This document shows positions 1 through 9,521 of a stretch of 37,275 nt of DNA, one piece after another (position 1 is the first letter of the stretch; each line of letters begins with the position of its first letter). Source of the stretch: a virus (lineage: Duplodnaviria > Caudoviricetes). The notes beneath the pieces were generated by a model. It was not told the DNA's origin. It did no database searches and saw only the letters and a list, made by a program, of their open reading frames with translations. Made by a program: the position numbers and the translations under genes. The stretch lies in IMG/VR virus record IMGVR_UViG_3300025066_000069, positions 1 through 37,275 of that record; one strand, 5' to 3'.

Positions 1-1089
1 AACCGCCTCGTCAACATCGACAGCGCGACGATGCAGAACTCCGGCAAGGGCGGGACCACGTTCGGCGGGGATGAGTTCGCGACCGGGGCGGGGAAGGTGG
101 CGGATGCGGCGCGGGAGGTGGCGAGGTGGGCCTTTACGACCGCGAGACAGGGCAAGGGCAAGGGCGGAGTCTTCGTGCCAGAGAATGACGACAGAGAGGG
201 TCGGACCGGCTGGCAGGGCAACGGCCCGCCGCGGCCCGAGTTGGCGAACCGCTGCGATCGAGCAACCGGCCTCCCCGCCGCCATCGTCCCCGACGCACGC
301 GAGATCAGGCCCGAAGACGTGGCCGAGTGGATGACGAGGGCGGAGGCGGCGCGGGAGGTGTCCCGTCAGGTTGTCGTGTCCCGCTGGGCGTTTTCACAGC
401 GCCCCGCGTGGCCGGATAACCCCGGCTACGGCGGCCCCGGGTCAAAGTGCGGGGATTTCAAGGGGCGCGACGAGTCGTTGGGGTGCGAGCGGACGGCGGA
501 CCGTATGCACCCCCTCGGCCTCCCCGCCACCATCGTCCCCGACGCACGCGAGATCAGGCCCGAAGACGTGGCCGAGTGGATGACGAGGGCGGATGCGGCG
601 CGGGAGGTGGCGAGGTGGGCGACTATCCGAAACCGCACGACGCACGCCGGCGACGGGTACAAGTCACCGGAGCACGGCCCGGGCAACCTTGAGAGCCCGA
701 CCGGGGGCGCGGATCGCATGACTGCCGCAATCGGCCCCGGCCTCCCCGCCACCATCGCCCCCGACGCGCGCGAGATCACGCCGCCGACGCTGCCGCCGGG
801 GTGCGTGGTCTACATGGATCCGCCCTACGTCAACACGACCGGGTATGGAAACGACCTGCCGCGCGCCGAGGTCGTGGAACTTGCGCGACGATGGGCCGAC
901 GCTGGGGCCGCGGTCTACATCAGCGAAGCGGAGCCGATCCCCGAACTCGTCGCGGAAGGCTGGCACACGGTCGAGATCACCAGCACGCGGGTTGGTCAGA
1001 AGCGCACGTTCTCGAAGCAAAAGCGGGAATGGTTGACGTGCAGCAAGCCCCCAGCGTGGAAGCCCGCGGTGCAACAGGGGCTCTTTTGA
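1..1089 (+). CDS. Dam-like (D12 class) N6-adenine DNA methyltransferase, 5'-truncated, with tandem repeated recognition-region cassettes
   Basis: Frame is open from base 1. Catalytic motif IV VVYMDPPY, then GY...LARRWADAGAAVYISE and C-terminal REWL as in Dam-family enzymes. Motif I (FxGxG) would lie upstream of the window. Confidence 0.8.
   Translation, partial: NRLVNIDSATMQNSGKGGTTFGGDEFATGAGKVADAAREVARWAFTTARQGKGKGGVFVPENDDREGRTGWQGNGPPRPELANRCDRATGLPAAIVPDAREIRPEDVAEWMTRAEAAREVSRQVVVSRWAFSQRPAWPDNPGYGGPGSKCGDFKGRDESLGCERTADRMHPLGLPATIVPDAREIRPEDVAEWMTRADAAREVARWATIRNRTTHAGDGYKSPEHGPGNLESPTGGADRMTAAIGPGLPATIAPDAREITPPTLPPGCVVYMDPPYVNTTGYGNDLPRAEVVELARRWADAGAAVYISEAEPIPELVAEGWHTVEITSTRVGQKRTFSKQKREWLTCSKPPAWKPAVQQGLF
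100..778 (+). repeat. In-frame direct repeats inside the methyltransferase: 268-360 and 517-609 (93 bp, 2 mismatches), with partial copies at 100-131 (matches 589-620) and 739-778
   Basis: Read directly from the sequence. The unit encodes GLPA(A/T)IVPDAREIRPEDVAEWMTRA(E/D)AAREV. Confidence 0.95.
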
Positions 1090-1300
1090 TGGCCGTAATT
1101 ATCCGCAGGTGCCGAGCCTGCAACAGAGCATGGAAAGACGGGCGGATCCGCTGCCCAAGTCGGAAGAGGCCCGATTGAACGAGCTCGGCGAGCAGATGAT
1201 GCTCTACCAGCGCGACTCAGCGATGCGTGCGATTCAGGCGTTCGGCCGCGAGTGCTCTCCTTTGTACGCTCGTATGCGAAAGGTCCGTCTCAAGAAGTGA
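1089..1300 (+). CDS. Small hypothetical protein, apparently split into two frames (1089-1178 and 1109-1300)
   Basis: ATG overlaps the methyltransferase stop (TGATG) and reads MAVIIRRCRAC. The second frame ends in a GTGA overlap with the next gene. Confidence 0.4.
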
Positions 1301-1455
1301 CCCTCCCCCTCAGAGTTCTTGACTGGCCGTCCGAAGCGATTGAGTCTCTCAAAGAGCGGATTGCGATCATGGTTGTCCACGGCGAGGTCAAAGAGGCCGA
1401 TGCGAAGCGTCTTGCTGTTGAACGCGTTCGGCTTGAATGGGAGCGGCGTGCGTGA
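1297..1455 (+). CDS. Small phage protein resembling the 'ERAAIMEYDGG..RAEAE' type
   Basis: GTGA overlaps at both ends. Contains ERIAIMVVHGEVKEADAKRLA. Confidence 0.6.
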   Translation: MTLPLRVLDWPSEAIESLKERIAIMVVHGEVKEADAKRLAVERVRLEWERRA

Positions 1456-1847
1456 AGACTTCTGAGGCGAAGAAGTGGGATGGTTTCGAGGATCTCCAGG
1501 AGGAGTTCGGGCCAGACATCCGTCGCCTTCGGCTGATCGTAGACGACACAGAGTGGCGCAGTTTCGACGTGTACGTGATCGGTCTGACTACAGCTGGCTA
1601 CCCGGTTTTCCGGTTCCACCGTCCGATGCAGAAGGCCACGCACCGGATTTTCCGGCAGTACGGGATCCGGTGGAAGCAGTGGTATCTGGGCCCGGGTTCT
1701 CCTCCACAAGCGAAGGCGCTTGAGCGAGGATGGGCTGAGATTGGCCGGTGGGAGCCGGGGAAAGTCGGCCAGGCGACTCAGCAAGAAGAGCGTTGGGGAA
1801 AGATGGACGCGATGGATCGACGGTGGGGGCAGACAAGGATCGGATGA
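1452..1847 (+). CDS. Hypothetical protein
   Basis: GTG at 1452 overlaps the upstream stop, and its own stop overlaps the ATG of the Maf gene. Confidence 0.65.
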   Translation: MKTSEAKKWDGFEDLQEEFGPDIRRLRLIVDDTEWRSFDVYVIGLTTAGYPVFRFHRPMQKATHRIFRQYGIRWKQWYLGPGSPPQAKALERGWAEIGRWEPGKVGQATQQEERWGKMDAMDRRWGQTRIG

Positions 1848-3295
1848 CGAACACAGCGACAGTTTTTGGCGAGCTCGATCAGGTGACGCGGATCCGCGAG
1901 GTTCATTGCTTTGGCTGGCGTGAGGACTTTCAGGAGTTCATCGACACGCACAAGGCAGAGGTTGTGACGGTCTGGGGGCCTGTTGCTCCTGACGGCGCGA
2001 ACGTCGTGACTTCGCGTAGCGAGCTTCGCAGTGCGCTTCGCGGGAAACTCCTTGCGTGGGCTGGCGGGGCTGCCCTTGTGGACGATGACTTTGCGGCATC
2101 GAACGCCGACGACCTTGCTGCGTTCTGGTCTGAGGTTGATGAGGCCGAGGCGCGTCGTGCTGTGAACAGGAACACGGCTCGCAGTCGAGCGCGCGACTTC
2201 ACAAAGGCTGTAGTTCGGAATGTGCTCGGCGCTCAGGGTCTTGTCCTCGCGACGGACATGGGGCAGCCGCTTTCCGGCCGGCCGGCGTTTGTCGTGTCTG
2301 CCGGCCCTTCGCTTGCGAAGAACGCTCATCTGCTTCGTGAGGCTCAGAAGCGCGGCCCGCTCTTTGTGGTGAACACAGCGGCGAAGGCTGTGGACTGCCG
2401 GATCGACGTCCTGGTGACGATTGAGAACAAGGATGTTTCTGAGCACTGGAAGTCGGTTGAGGGCCGTGTGGACTTCATCGCGCCTTCGCTCCAGTGCGCT
2501 GCGTCGGCGTTCGAGACCACTGCGGCTACCGTTCCATTCTTCACCCCTGGGAGCCCGATGGGTCGGGCTGCCGAGATGTCTGATTCGGGGGTGTTGCCCT
2601 CTGGCCCGAGTGTGGCGACTGCCGCTGCGTGTCTTGCTCAGGCGTGGGGATGTCACACCCTTGTGCTGATTGGCCAGGACTGTGCATACACGGATGGCAA
2701 GACGCATTCGGACGGGTCCCACTACGACGGCCAAGACGCTCCTGCTACGAACTTGACGTTGCCTGCTTGGGGCGGCGAGGGGGAGGTTTCGACTCGAGAG
2801 GACCTTGTTATGTTCGCCCGGTGGTTCGAGACCCACGCCAAGAAGTGCGCCAACTTCGGAGTGCCTACCCGTCTGGTGAACTGCACAGGTGGCGGAGCCA
2901 GTCTTGCGGGTTGGGAGGAACTTCCCCTCGAGGATGAGCTCGCCCGCTGGCAAGACAACTGGTCGACGGAGACGTTGTTCGATGCGTGGGCATCATCGTC
3001 TCCTCTCAGTTCAGCGCGGATCAAGAAGTTCCGCGACGCCGTCCACGCTGAGGCGCAGGAGGTTCTCGACGAGTGCGCCGGCCAGATCGCTTCGGGCCAG
3101 ATCAACCCGATGACGCCGGGCGGCGAGTTCGTGGACGCATGGGCGACCCCTGCCGTTATGGCGGCGTTCACATCTGATGGCACGACGGCCGAACGTGGAT
3201 GGCACGCAACGTGGGCATGGTTGACAGCCGCTACGGAAGTACAGACGCTCTTGGCGGAGCACTACAAGGAGACAGACGATGGACAAGACGACTGA
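1844..3295 (+). CDS. maf: Maf (motility-associated factor; DUF115/MAF_flag10, MptE-like) family glycosyltransferase, putative CMP-nonulosonate protein transferase
   Basis: Motifs PAFVVSAGPSLAKN, SGPSVATAA..LA..WGC..LVLIGQDCAY..G.TH, VSTREDL..F..WFE and VNCTGGGA. ATG at 1844 forms an ATGA overlap. Confidence 0.82.
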   Translation: MTNTATVFGELDQVTRIREVHCFGWREDFQEFIDTHKAEVVTVWGPVAPDGANVVTSRSELRSALRGKLLAWAGGAALVDDDFAASNADDLAAFWSEVDEAEARRAVNRNTARSRARDFTKAVVRNVLGAQGLVLATDMGQPLSGRPAFVVSAGPSLAKNAHLLREAQKRGPLFVVNTAAKAVDCRIDVLVTIENKDVSEHWKSVEGRVDFIAPSLQCAASAFETTAATVPFFTPGSPMGRAAEMSDSGVLPSGPSVATAAACLAQAWGCHTLVLIGQDCAYTDGKTHSDGSHYDGQDAPATNLTLPAWGGEGEVSTREDLVMFARWFETHAKKCANFGVPTRLVNCTGGGASLAGWEELPLEDELARWQDNWSTETLFDAWASSSPLSSARIKKFRDAVHAEAQEVLDECAGQIASGQINPMTPGGEFVDAWATPAVMAAFTSDGTTAERGWHATWAWLTAATEVQTLLAEHYKETDDGQDD

Positions 3296-3830
3296 GCAGG
3301 TGAACATGGATGCGCTGACGCGCGCACGACGGAACTACGGCGCACAGGCAGTGGCCACGATGCTTCGCTCTGGAGAGGTTCATCGGCGCTTCGGCCGGTA
3401 CACGACGAAGGGGCGTGGGCTGATCGACCCGGAGCCGATGAGCCCGGAGGCCGCGCTGGAGATGGCGCTCGAGGACGTGTTCGGGAACCCGCAGCACGCG
3501 GCGTCCCGTCACTTTGTCCACCTCTGCACCCCGGTGAACATCCGTCGGATGAAGCAGTACTCCCAGGGTGGCGGCCAGGCGAAGAAGAGCATGACTCTCG
3601 GCTCCGAGGCGGACGTTCGCGCTGCCATGCGGAAGACGAAGGACCGTGGGCTTCTGGCGGAGATGCTTGCTGCCGAGTACCAGGGCCGGAATGTGGACGC
3701 ACGCCCCCGCCCGAAGGTGCTGAAGGCGTTGACCTCCCGGCTTTCCGCCATCGCAGAGATGGAGGAAGGGAAGGCAGTTCGCACTCCGGCCTCTGAGGAA
3801 GACCTGGCTGCGGCGCTCGACGCGAAGTAG
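3279..3830 (+). CDS. Hypothetical protein, positional candidate for terminase small subunit
   Basis: AAGGAG RBS, helical and basic sequence, directly upstream of the large terminase. No diagnostic motif. Confidence 0.45.
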   Translation: MDKTTEQVNMDALTRARRNYGAQAVATMLRSGEVHRRFGRYTTKGRGLIDPEPMSPEAALEMALEDVFGNPQHAASRHFVHLCTPVNIRRMKQYSQGGGQAKKSMTLGSEADVRAAMRKTKDRGLLAEMLAAEYQGRNVDARPRPKVLKALTSRLSAIAEMEEGKAVRTPASEEDLAAALDAK

Positions 3831-3836
3831 CCGCCG

Positions 3837-5849
3837 ATGGGATGGCACAAGGCCATGCCGGAGCATCGTTCAAGGGCGATCGCTGACCGGCTGACAGACG
3901 ACGAGGAGTACGACGACTTCCCTGAGTTTGCGTCTCGGTACTTCAAGGTGCTGAACCGCTCAGACACGTCGGGCCGGCGGTCGTCTGGTTACGTCAATCT
4001 TGTGCTGAATCCGGTCCAGCTGGATTTCTACGAGAAGATCAAGAAGTCGAAGAAGGACGGGCGTCCTGGCCGGTTCGTCGTTCTGAAGGCTCGTCGCATG
4101 GGCCTGTCGACGGTCTCTCAGGCGTATATGTTCCACCAGTGCCTAACGAACAGAGAGCGTCGAGCGTTCATTACGGCGGCAGACCAGGGCACGACCAACA
4201 ACATCTTCTTGATGGCGAAGTCGATGCTCGAGCATCTTCCCCGGGCTCCTACTGGCCCCCGGGGGGGGATGCCCGGGGGGCTGACTCCTGAGCAGTCGGA
4301 AGAGTGGCGCAAGAACGACCTTCGGCCGGAGCATCGTCGGAACAACGACAACCAGCTGTGGTTGACGCATCCGAACAATGAGGACATGGGGCTGAACAGC
4401 CGGTTCGACGTGGCGTGCGCTGCGTCGGTGAAGTCGGCTCGTGGTTTCGAGCTCCACTACTTCCACGGTTCGGAGGTCGCGTTCTGGGATGACGCGGAGA
4501 AGTTCATGCTCGGCCTGATGCCGACGTTCTCTGAAACGCCAGAGACACTGATCGTGCTCGAGTCGACTGCAAACGGAGCCGGCGGCTATTTCCACGACAA
4601 GTTCTGGCGTCATTGGAAGGGCCACGGGTCTCGTCGGGAGAAGTCGGCATTTGAGGACGACGACGAGGCGTGGGAGTCGATCTTCTACGCCTGGTGGCAG
4701 ATGCCCTTTTACGTCACGCCACTTCCGAAGGACATGACCGCTAGGGAGTTCCTTGACCGGATGCCAGAGGAAGTCCTGGCGATGGTCGACGAGTACGACC
4801 TCGCCCCCGAACAGGCGTATTGGGCCTATCGGACGTGGAAAGACAAGATGGAGGAGAACTGGGACCTCTTCCGCCAGGAGTACCCGTCGAACCCACAGGA
4901 GGCGTTCGCTTTCGCAGCTTCGCGCGTGTTCCCCGAGCCGGCGATCCGCACGATCGAGTCGAAGTCAGTGGTCGATGCCGGCTTCAGGGGGCACATCTTC
5001 AACGAGGCGCAGAACGAGCTCGTGAGTTCCGACGCTCTAAGCATCGGGGTGGCTGCGGACATGAAGCCGAAACTCCGCGGCGCGCATGACGGCCCGCTTT
5101 GGTGCTGGGGCAAGCCGAAGGAGGGGCACAGCTACATCCTGTTCATGGACGTAGCTTCTGGCCGGGCTACTGGTGACTACACGGCGATCCAGGTTGTGGA
5201 CCGTGAGTCACGGGTTCAGGCAGCCGAATGGTGGGGCCAGGTAGACCCGCACCAGGCGGCTCAGGCCATGATCTTGCTGGCGCTCTACTACAACGACGGG
5301 ATGATCTGTTGGGAGACGAACGGTCCTGGGCACTACGTGTCTCTTGCTGTGAACATGAGCCAGTACTGGAACGTCTACCTCCGCGACCACGTTGAGACGA
5401 TCGCGATGGACCAACGGATCGGCTGGGTGACGAACATGGCGACGAAGCCTCTCATGGTCTCGACGGGCGAGACGTTGGTGCGGCTTGAGGCCCCGATCAT
5501 TCGCTCCAAGCGGCTGATCGCTGAGATGCGCCGGTTCCTTGAGTTCGCCAAGAAGGCGACATCTACAGGAGGGATCATCGCTGGTGACGAGAACTACAAG
5601 CGATTGAAGACGGGCGCGCCTGTGGGCGAGCATGACGATCTTGTGATCGCCTGGATGGGGGCGCAGACAGTCTTGAGTCTGGAAACCGGTTCGTCCCCGC
5701 ACAGTTTCTTGCATACTGCGGAGGAACCTGACCCGCCGGGGCGGTGGGAGAAGGCAGGCCGAGGAACCATGGATCTCGCGTGGGATGACGACGACGGCGT
5801 GGTTTCGGATCGGCCGTCTGGTACTTCTGTTGGCATGAGGTGGCTGTAG
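3837..5849 (+). CDS. terL: Terminase large subunit
   Basis: LNPVQ Q-motif, VVLKARRMGLST Walker A, FHGSEVAFW Walker B, LESTANG motif III. Nuclease motifs FMDVASG, GDYTAI, ETNGPG and HDDLVIA. Confidence 0.95.
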   Translation: MGWHKAMPEHRSRAIADRLTDDEEYDDFPEFASRYFKVLNRSDTSGRRSSGYVNLVLNPVQLDFYEKIKKSKKDGRPGRFVVLKARRMGLSTVSQAYMFHQCLTNRERRAFITAADQGTTNNIFLMAKSMLEHLPRAPTGPRGGMPGGLTPEQSEEWRKNDLRPEHRRNNDNQLWLTHPNNEDMGLNSRFDVACAASVKSARGFELHYFHGSEVAFWDDAEKFMLGLMPTFSETPETLIVLESTANGAGGYFHDKFWRHWKGHGSRREKSAFEDDDEAWESIFYAWWQMPFYVTPLPKDMTAREFLDRMPEEVLAMVDEYDLAPEQAYWAYRTWKDKMEENWDLFRQEYPSNPQEAFAFAASRVFPEPAIRTIESKSVVDAGFRGHIFNEAQNELVSSDALSIGVAADMKPKLRGAHDGPLWCWGKPKEGHSYILFMDVASGRATGDYTAIQVVDRESRVQAAEWWGQVDPHQAAQAMILLALYYNDGMICWETNGPGHYVSLAVNMSQYWNVYLRDHVETIAMDQRIGWVTNMATKPLMVSTGETLVRLEAPIIRSKRLIAEMRRFLEFAKKATSTGGIIAGDENYKRLKTGAPVGEHDDLVIAWMGAQTVLSLETGSSPHSFLHTAEEPDPPGRWEKAGRGTMDLAWDDDDGVVSDRPSGTSVGMRWL

Positions 5850-7759
5850 TGGACGCGGACAACCTCCCAATCAAGCCGGAGGCGGCACATAAGTTGCTCG
5901 AGCGCGTTGATGGCGCTTACTCGCTGCTCAAGACGTCTCTGTTCGAGGACTGGGCGGATCTCGACAACGCCTATCGGAACGGTGCGGTAGAGCAGGGTGC
6001 AGAGAAGCGCGGGATTGGGCTGATCTTCGCGACTATTCAGGCGCGGAAGCCGTACCTCTACCACCAGGACCCGGAGATTGACGCAAGCCCCCGACGGCAC
6101 ACCGAGACCGGCGAGCAGGAGCGGGTGGCAAAAGTGGCGTCCGCGGGACTGGAGTATCAGTTCACCGACGGCGACTTCGGCGGAGTGCTCGACCTTGTCG
6201 TCGATGACGAGGAGATCTTCGGGGGCGGGGTCGTTCAACTGATCTTCCAGGAGGCGCAGATCTCGATCCCAATCGAGGACTACGAGAACATCGTGGACGA
6301 TGCGGATCTCTCGGAGGAAGAGGAGAGCGACCCTCGCGCGCAGACAGTTCTGGAGAAGCTCGAGGAGCTCGGCCTCGCGCCAGACGGGCCGGATGCCGTG
6401 GTTCGCCTGCTCCGTGTCTCGCCCCGCAATTGGATCTTCCCGACTGGGTACACGGAGATCCGGCAGATGCCCTGGGTTGCTGTCCGACGTCTGATGCACA
6501 TCGACGACGCGCAGGCTGAGTATGGGAGCAAGGCATCCCATCTGACAGCAGACCTGAAGAAGTCGGAAGATGAGATCGACGACCAGCGCCCGTCTCGGGG
6601 CTATCACAAGTCCGACGCGGAGCACGTTGAGCTCTTTGAGGTCTGGCACCATGAGTGGAAGACGCGGACGGTCCTTGAAGGCAAGCGGACGCGAAGGAAG
6701 AAGGTCCGTGAGCTTCACGTCACGACCCTCTGCCGTCAGCCAAGCAAGGGGTCGAAGGGCCCGACAGTCCTGAAGAATCGACTCAGTCCGTTCGACATGG
6801 ATGGCTACCCCTTTGTCGACTTCCGGCTGAACCGGGCTCCTGACCGCTATTACGGCCCATCGACGGCTGCGCTCATGCTTCCGGTCGCTCAGAACCTTCA
6901 GTCTTTGGTGGACGGCGCGATCGACGGGCTCGAGGCGACCCTTGCTGAGAAAGTGCTCTTCAACCCCGATACGATTGGCAAGGAGGGAAGGCGTCAGCTG
7001 GAGTCGAAGAGTCCGTCGTTGGTTGCAGTTCGCGACCGTCGTGGTGTTGGGAACGCGGTGAAGAAGTTGGAGAGGACCGCCTTCCCACAGGAGGTGTACG
7101 GGGTCTCGAACTTGCTTCGGACGTTCCTGTCAGAAGTGTCTGGTGCAGACGAGTCCATGCGTGGCGGCAAGAGTTCGGCGGGGTCCGCAACAGAAGTTGC
7201 CTATCGGGCTTCGATCGCCGAGGGCCGGTCGAACTCAGACACCCGCAAGTTCGAGAAGTTCGTCTCGAGGATCGCCCGCAAGACGTTTCAGATCATGCAG
7301 CAGTACTTTGACGCCCCGCGTTGGGTGCGCGTCTCTGGCTCGGACATGCCCGTTTCGTTCAATCGGCACGATATCGCCGGCCAGTTCGACGTCGCAGTTC
7401 GGACAGGCTCGATGCGCCCGCGAGGCCCGGAGGCGGAGCGCGAGGCGATTCTCGGCTTTGCGACCTACCTCGCTCAGACGATCCAGGCCCTTACGGCCGC
7501 TGGGGTTCCTCCGGCCGACCTTCAGCCGATCATCGACAAGATGCTCGACCTTTGGAACATCCAGTCTCCGTCGATGCGCGATGCCTTTGCGCAGGCGGTG
7601 AACGCTGGGATGGGCTCCGCAGGCCAGGCGATGCAGCAGACAAGTCCCGACGGCGTGGCCGTCAATCCGGCGACAGGGGACACCCTGAACGCTCCAACCG
7701 CGAATCCGATGGTGACGGGGGCCGCGCAGGCGGGAACTCCTCCATCTCAGGGGCAGTGA
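5840..7759 (+). CDS. Portal protein (podovirus/P22-like)
   Basis: 639 aa directly after terL. Contains RVSPRNWIFP, YPFVDFR...YYGPS, EVSGADESMRG..SATEVA and a low-complexity Q/A/P tail. Confidence 0.88.
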   Translation: MAVVDADNLPIKPEAAHKLLERVDGAYSLLKTSLFEDWADLDNAYRNGAVEQGAEKRGIGLIFATIQARKPYLYHQDPEIDASPRRHTETGEQERVAKVASAGLEYQFTDGDFGGVLDLVVDDEEIFGGGVVQLIFQEAQISIPIEDYENIVDDADLSEEEESDPRAQTVLEKLEELGLAPDGPDAVVRLLRVSPRNWIFPTGYTEIRQMPWVAVRRLMHIDDAQAEYGSKASHLTADLKKSEDEIDDQRPSRGYHKSDAEHVELFEVWHHEWKTRTVLEGKRTRRKKVRELHVTTLCRQPSKGSKGPTVLKNRLSPFDMDGYPFVDFRLNRAPDRYYGPSTAALMLPVAQNLQSLVDGAIDGLEATLAEKVLFNPDTIGKEGRRQLESKSPSLVAVRDRRGVGNAVKKLERTAFPQEVYGVSNLLRTFLSEVSGADESMRGGKSSAGSATEVAYRASIAEGRSNSDTRKFEKFVSRIARKTFQIMQQYFDAPRWVRVSGSDMPVSFNRHDIAGQFDVAVRTGSMRPRGPEAEREAILGFATYLAQTIQALTAAGVPPADLQPIIDKMLDLWNIQSPSMRDAFAQAVNAGMGSAGQAMQQTSPDGVAVNPATGDTLNAPTANPMVTGAAQAGTPPSQGQ

Positions 7760-7762
7760 CGA

Positions 7763-8536
7763 GTGCCGAACTACGCTTTCAAGTGCGAAGGGTGCGACTA
7801 CACTTTTGACGAAGGAATGTCCGTTGCGACGTTTGCGGCCAGAAAGGCCGATGAGCACAACGGGTTCCGCTTCAAGACGTGCGGGCGTTGTCGACGGAAG
7901 GGTCGCATCGTTCACGACGCCCTTCGCCAGTACCAGTCTCAGTCGCCGCCGCAGATGGATTCGTTCACGTTCTACGAGAACGCGCCCGAGACGATCCTGA
8001 AGGGGCAGCGACAACTGACTGTGACGAAAACGGAAGCGAAGCGTCTGCTCAAGGAGCACGGGCTGGCAGAGTCGGGCAGGGCGGCGAAACAGAAGAGGAA
8101 GTCGGCGAAGGTCATCGACAAGGGCGCGATCGCCGACAAGTGGGCGGAGAGATACGGAGAGTTCTCACATGGGCCAGCCGCCCCACAGGCAGAACCGAAG
8201 AAGGCTCTGATATCAAAGAATGGGAAGGCCGTGAACCCTCTTGCGGCAGGCCCAATCCTTGTGGAAGAGCCCCCTCCTCCTCGAGTGCTCCCCTGGGATC
8301 GGAAGGTGGAGGACGACGGTTCTGGCGCTCGACGGGTGAACCCGAAGGATTATCAGCCACCGAAGGTTGTTGACATCATGAGGGATCCATCCCTTACCAT
8401 GGTGGCGAAGTGGGGAACGCTCAAGAAGGTCGCAAAGCGGCTGGGGCTGAAGCCACCGACAACGACGAAACGTCCAGAAATGGAGCGGCTGGTTCTGGAC
8501 AGGTTTCGTGAACGTGAACAAGCAGCTGCGAAGTGA
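7763..8536 (+). CDS. FmdB-like zinc-ribbon protein with a basic C-terminal extension
   Basis: N-terminal MPNYAFKCEGC...TCGRC. Lies between portal and scaffold. Confidence 0.7.
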   Translation: MPNYAFKCEGCDYTFDEGMSVATFAARKADEHNGFRFKTCGRCRRKGRIVHDALRQYQSQSPPQMDSFTFYENAPETILKGQRQLTVTKTEAKRLLKEHGLAESGRAAKQKRKSAKVIDKGAIADKWAERYGEFSHGPAAPQAEPKKALISKNGKAVNPLAAGPILVEEPPPPRVLPWDRKVEDDGSGARRVNPKDYQPPKVVDIMRDPSLTMVAKWGTLKKVAKRLGLKPPTTTKRPEMERLVLDRFREREQAAAK

Positions 8537-9489
8537 ACCGCGTGATCACCGAACAAGATATCGGCACCGCAGAGACCCCCGACACCGGACTGAACGGTTC
8601 GTCGACCGAAGGGCTTGTCCCCGACGCTGACGTCACTCAGGACCCCGATGTTGGAGCCAACGCGCCCGATGGTGAAGGATCCGCTGACGCTTCACCGGAG
8701 AGTTTTTACTCCGGCAACCCGGAGGAACTCCCAGACGAAGTCTATGGCCACTACAAGGACATGGAGCGTGGGTTCCAGGCGAAGATGCGGCAGCAGGCGG
8801 AGATCCGAAAGGATCTTCAGACCGAGCTTTCCGCCGCTCGCCAGGAGCGAGAGAAACTGACCCATCTGGGTGTTCAGCTGCAGGCGCGGCTGGACGCTCC
8901 GACCGAGCGGAAGGGGCCAGATGGCTCGTTCCTGCGAGATGAAGCCAGGGACACTGGCCCGTCTCGTGACGACCTCATCGCTGAGGTCAAGCAGAAGGTT
9001 CAGGCTGGTCAGGGCGTTGAAGCACTTGCCTACATGGTCGAGAAGCTCACAGCGCAGCACGCATCGAAGTCTCCTGCAGTGGCGCAGTTCGAGGAAAAGA
9101 TCGCGGCGCTTGAAACGCGCCTGGCCGACTACGAAGGCCCGGCGAAGATCCAGCGACAAACCGCATCCCTCAACGCTGCTTTCGAGGACTTGAAGTCTGG
9201 CGAGTACCCTCAACTCGGGAACGACAAGGTCGTCTCGCGTGTTCGGGCTGCTTTCGAGGGGAACGATCCGGTGATCCAAGGGATGATCAGTAACGGGATG
9301 CACCGCGAAGCGATTGCATTTGCGACTGAACGCGCCCTTCGTGAAGTCACCGAGAACCGAACCATCAACCAGGCGCGCAGGCGACGGGATTCCTCCCCCC
9401 CGCGCAGCGAAGCGGGGTCAGCGGAGAAAACCGCGATCAATTCCGCGACGATGTCTTTCGAGGACATCGTCAACGCTGTGCTGGGGTGA
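8533..9489 (+). CDS. Capsid scaffolding protein
   Basis: Acidic disordered N-terminus and coiled-coil segments, immediately upstream of the capsid gene. Confidence 0.7.
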   Translation: MNRVITEQDIGTAETPDTGLNGSSTEGLVPDADVTQDPDVGANAPDGEGSADASPESFYSGNPEELPDEVYGHYKDMERGFQAKMRQQAEIRKDLQTELSAARQEREKLTHLGVQLQARLDAPTERKGPDGSFLRDEARDTGPSRDDLIAEVKQKVQAGQGVEALAYMVEKLTAQHASKSPAVAQFEEKIAALETRLADYEGPAKIQRQTASLNAAFEDLKSGEYPQLGNDKVVSRVRAAFEGNDPVIQGMISNGMHREAIAFATERALREVTENRTINQARRRRDSSPPRSEAGSAEKTAINSATMSFEDIVNAVLG

Positions 9490-9521
9490 ATCACTGACGT
9501 AGCGCGCTGCGGAGAAACACC

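Noticed and set aside
100-778. Repeat-spacer pattern as a CRISPR array or a diversity-generating retroelement
   Set aside because: The repeats are about 93 bp, in frame and protein-coding. No cas or reverse transcriptase gene was seen, and there is no adenine-specific mismatch pattern.
1844-3295. Annotation as 6-hydroxymethylpterin diphosphokinase (MptE)
   Set aside because: It shares the domain family, but the length, the Maf-like C-terminal motifs, the absence of pterin genes and the presence of a CMP-nonulosonate pathway favour a glycosyltransferase.
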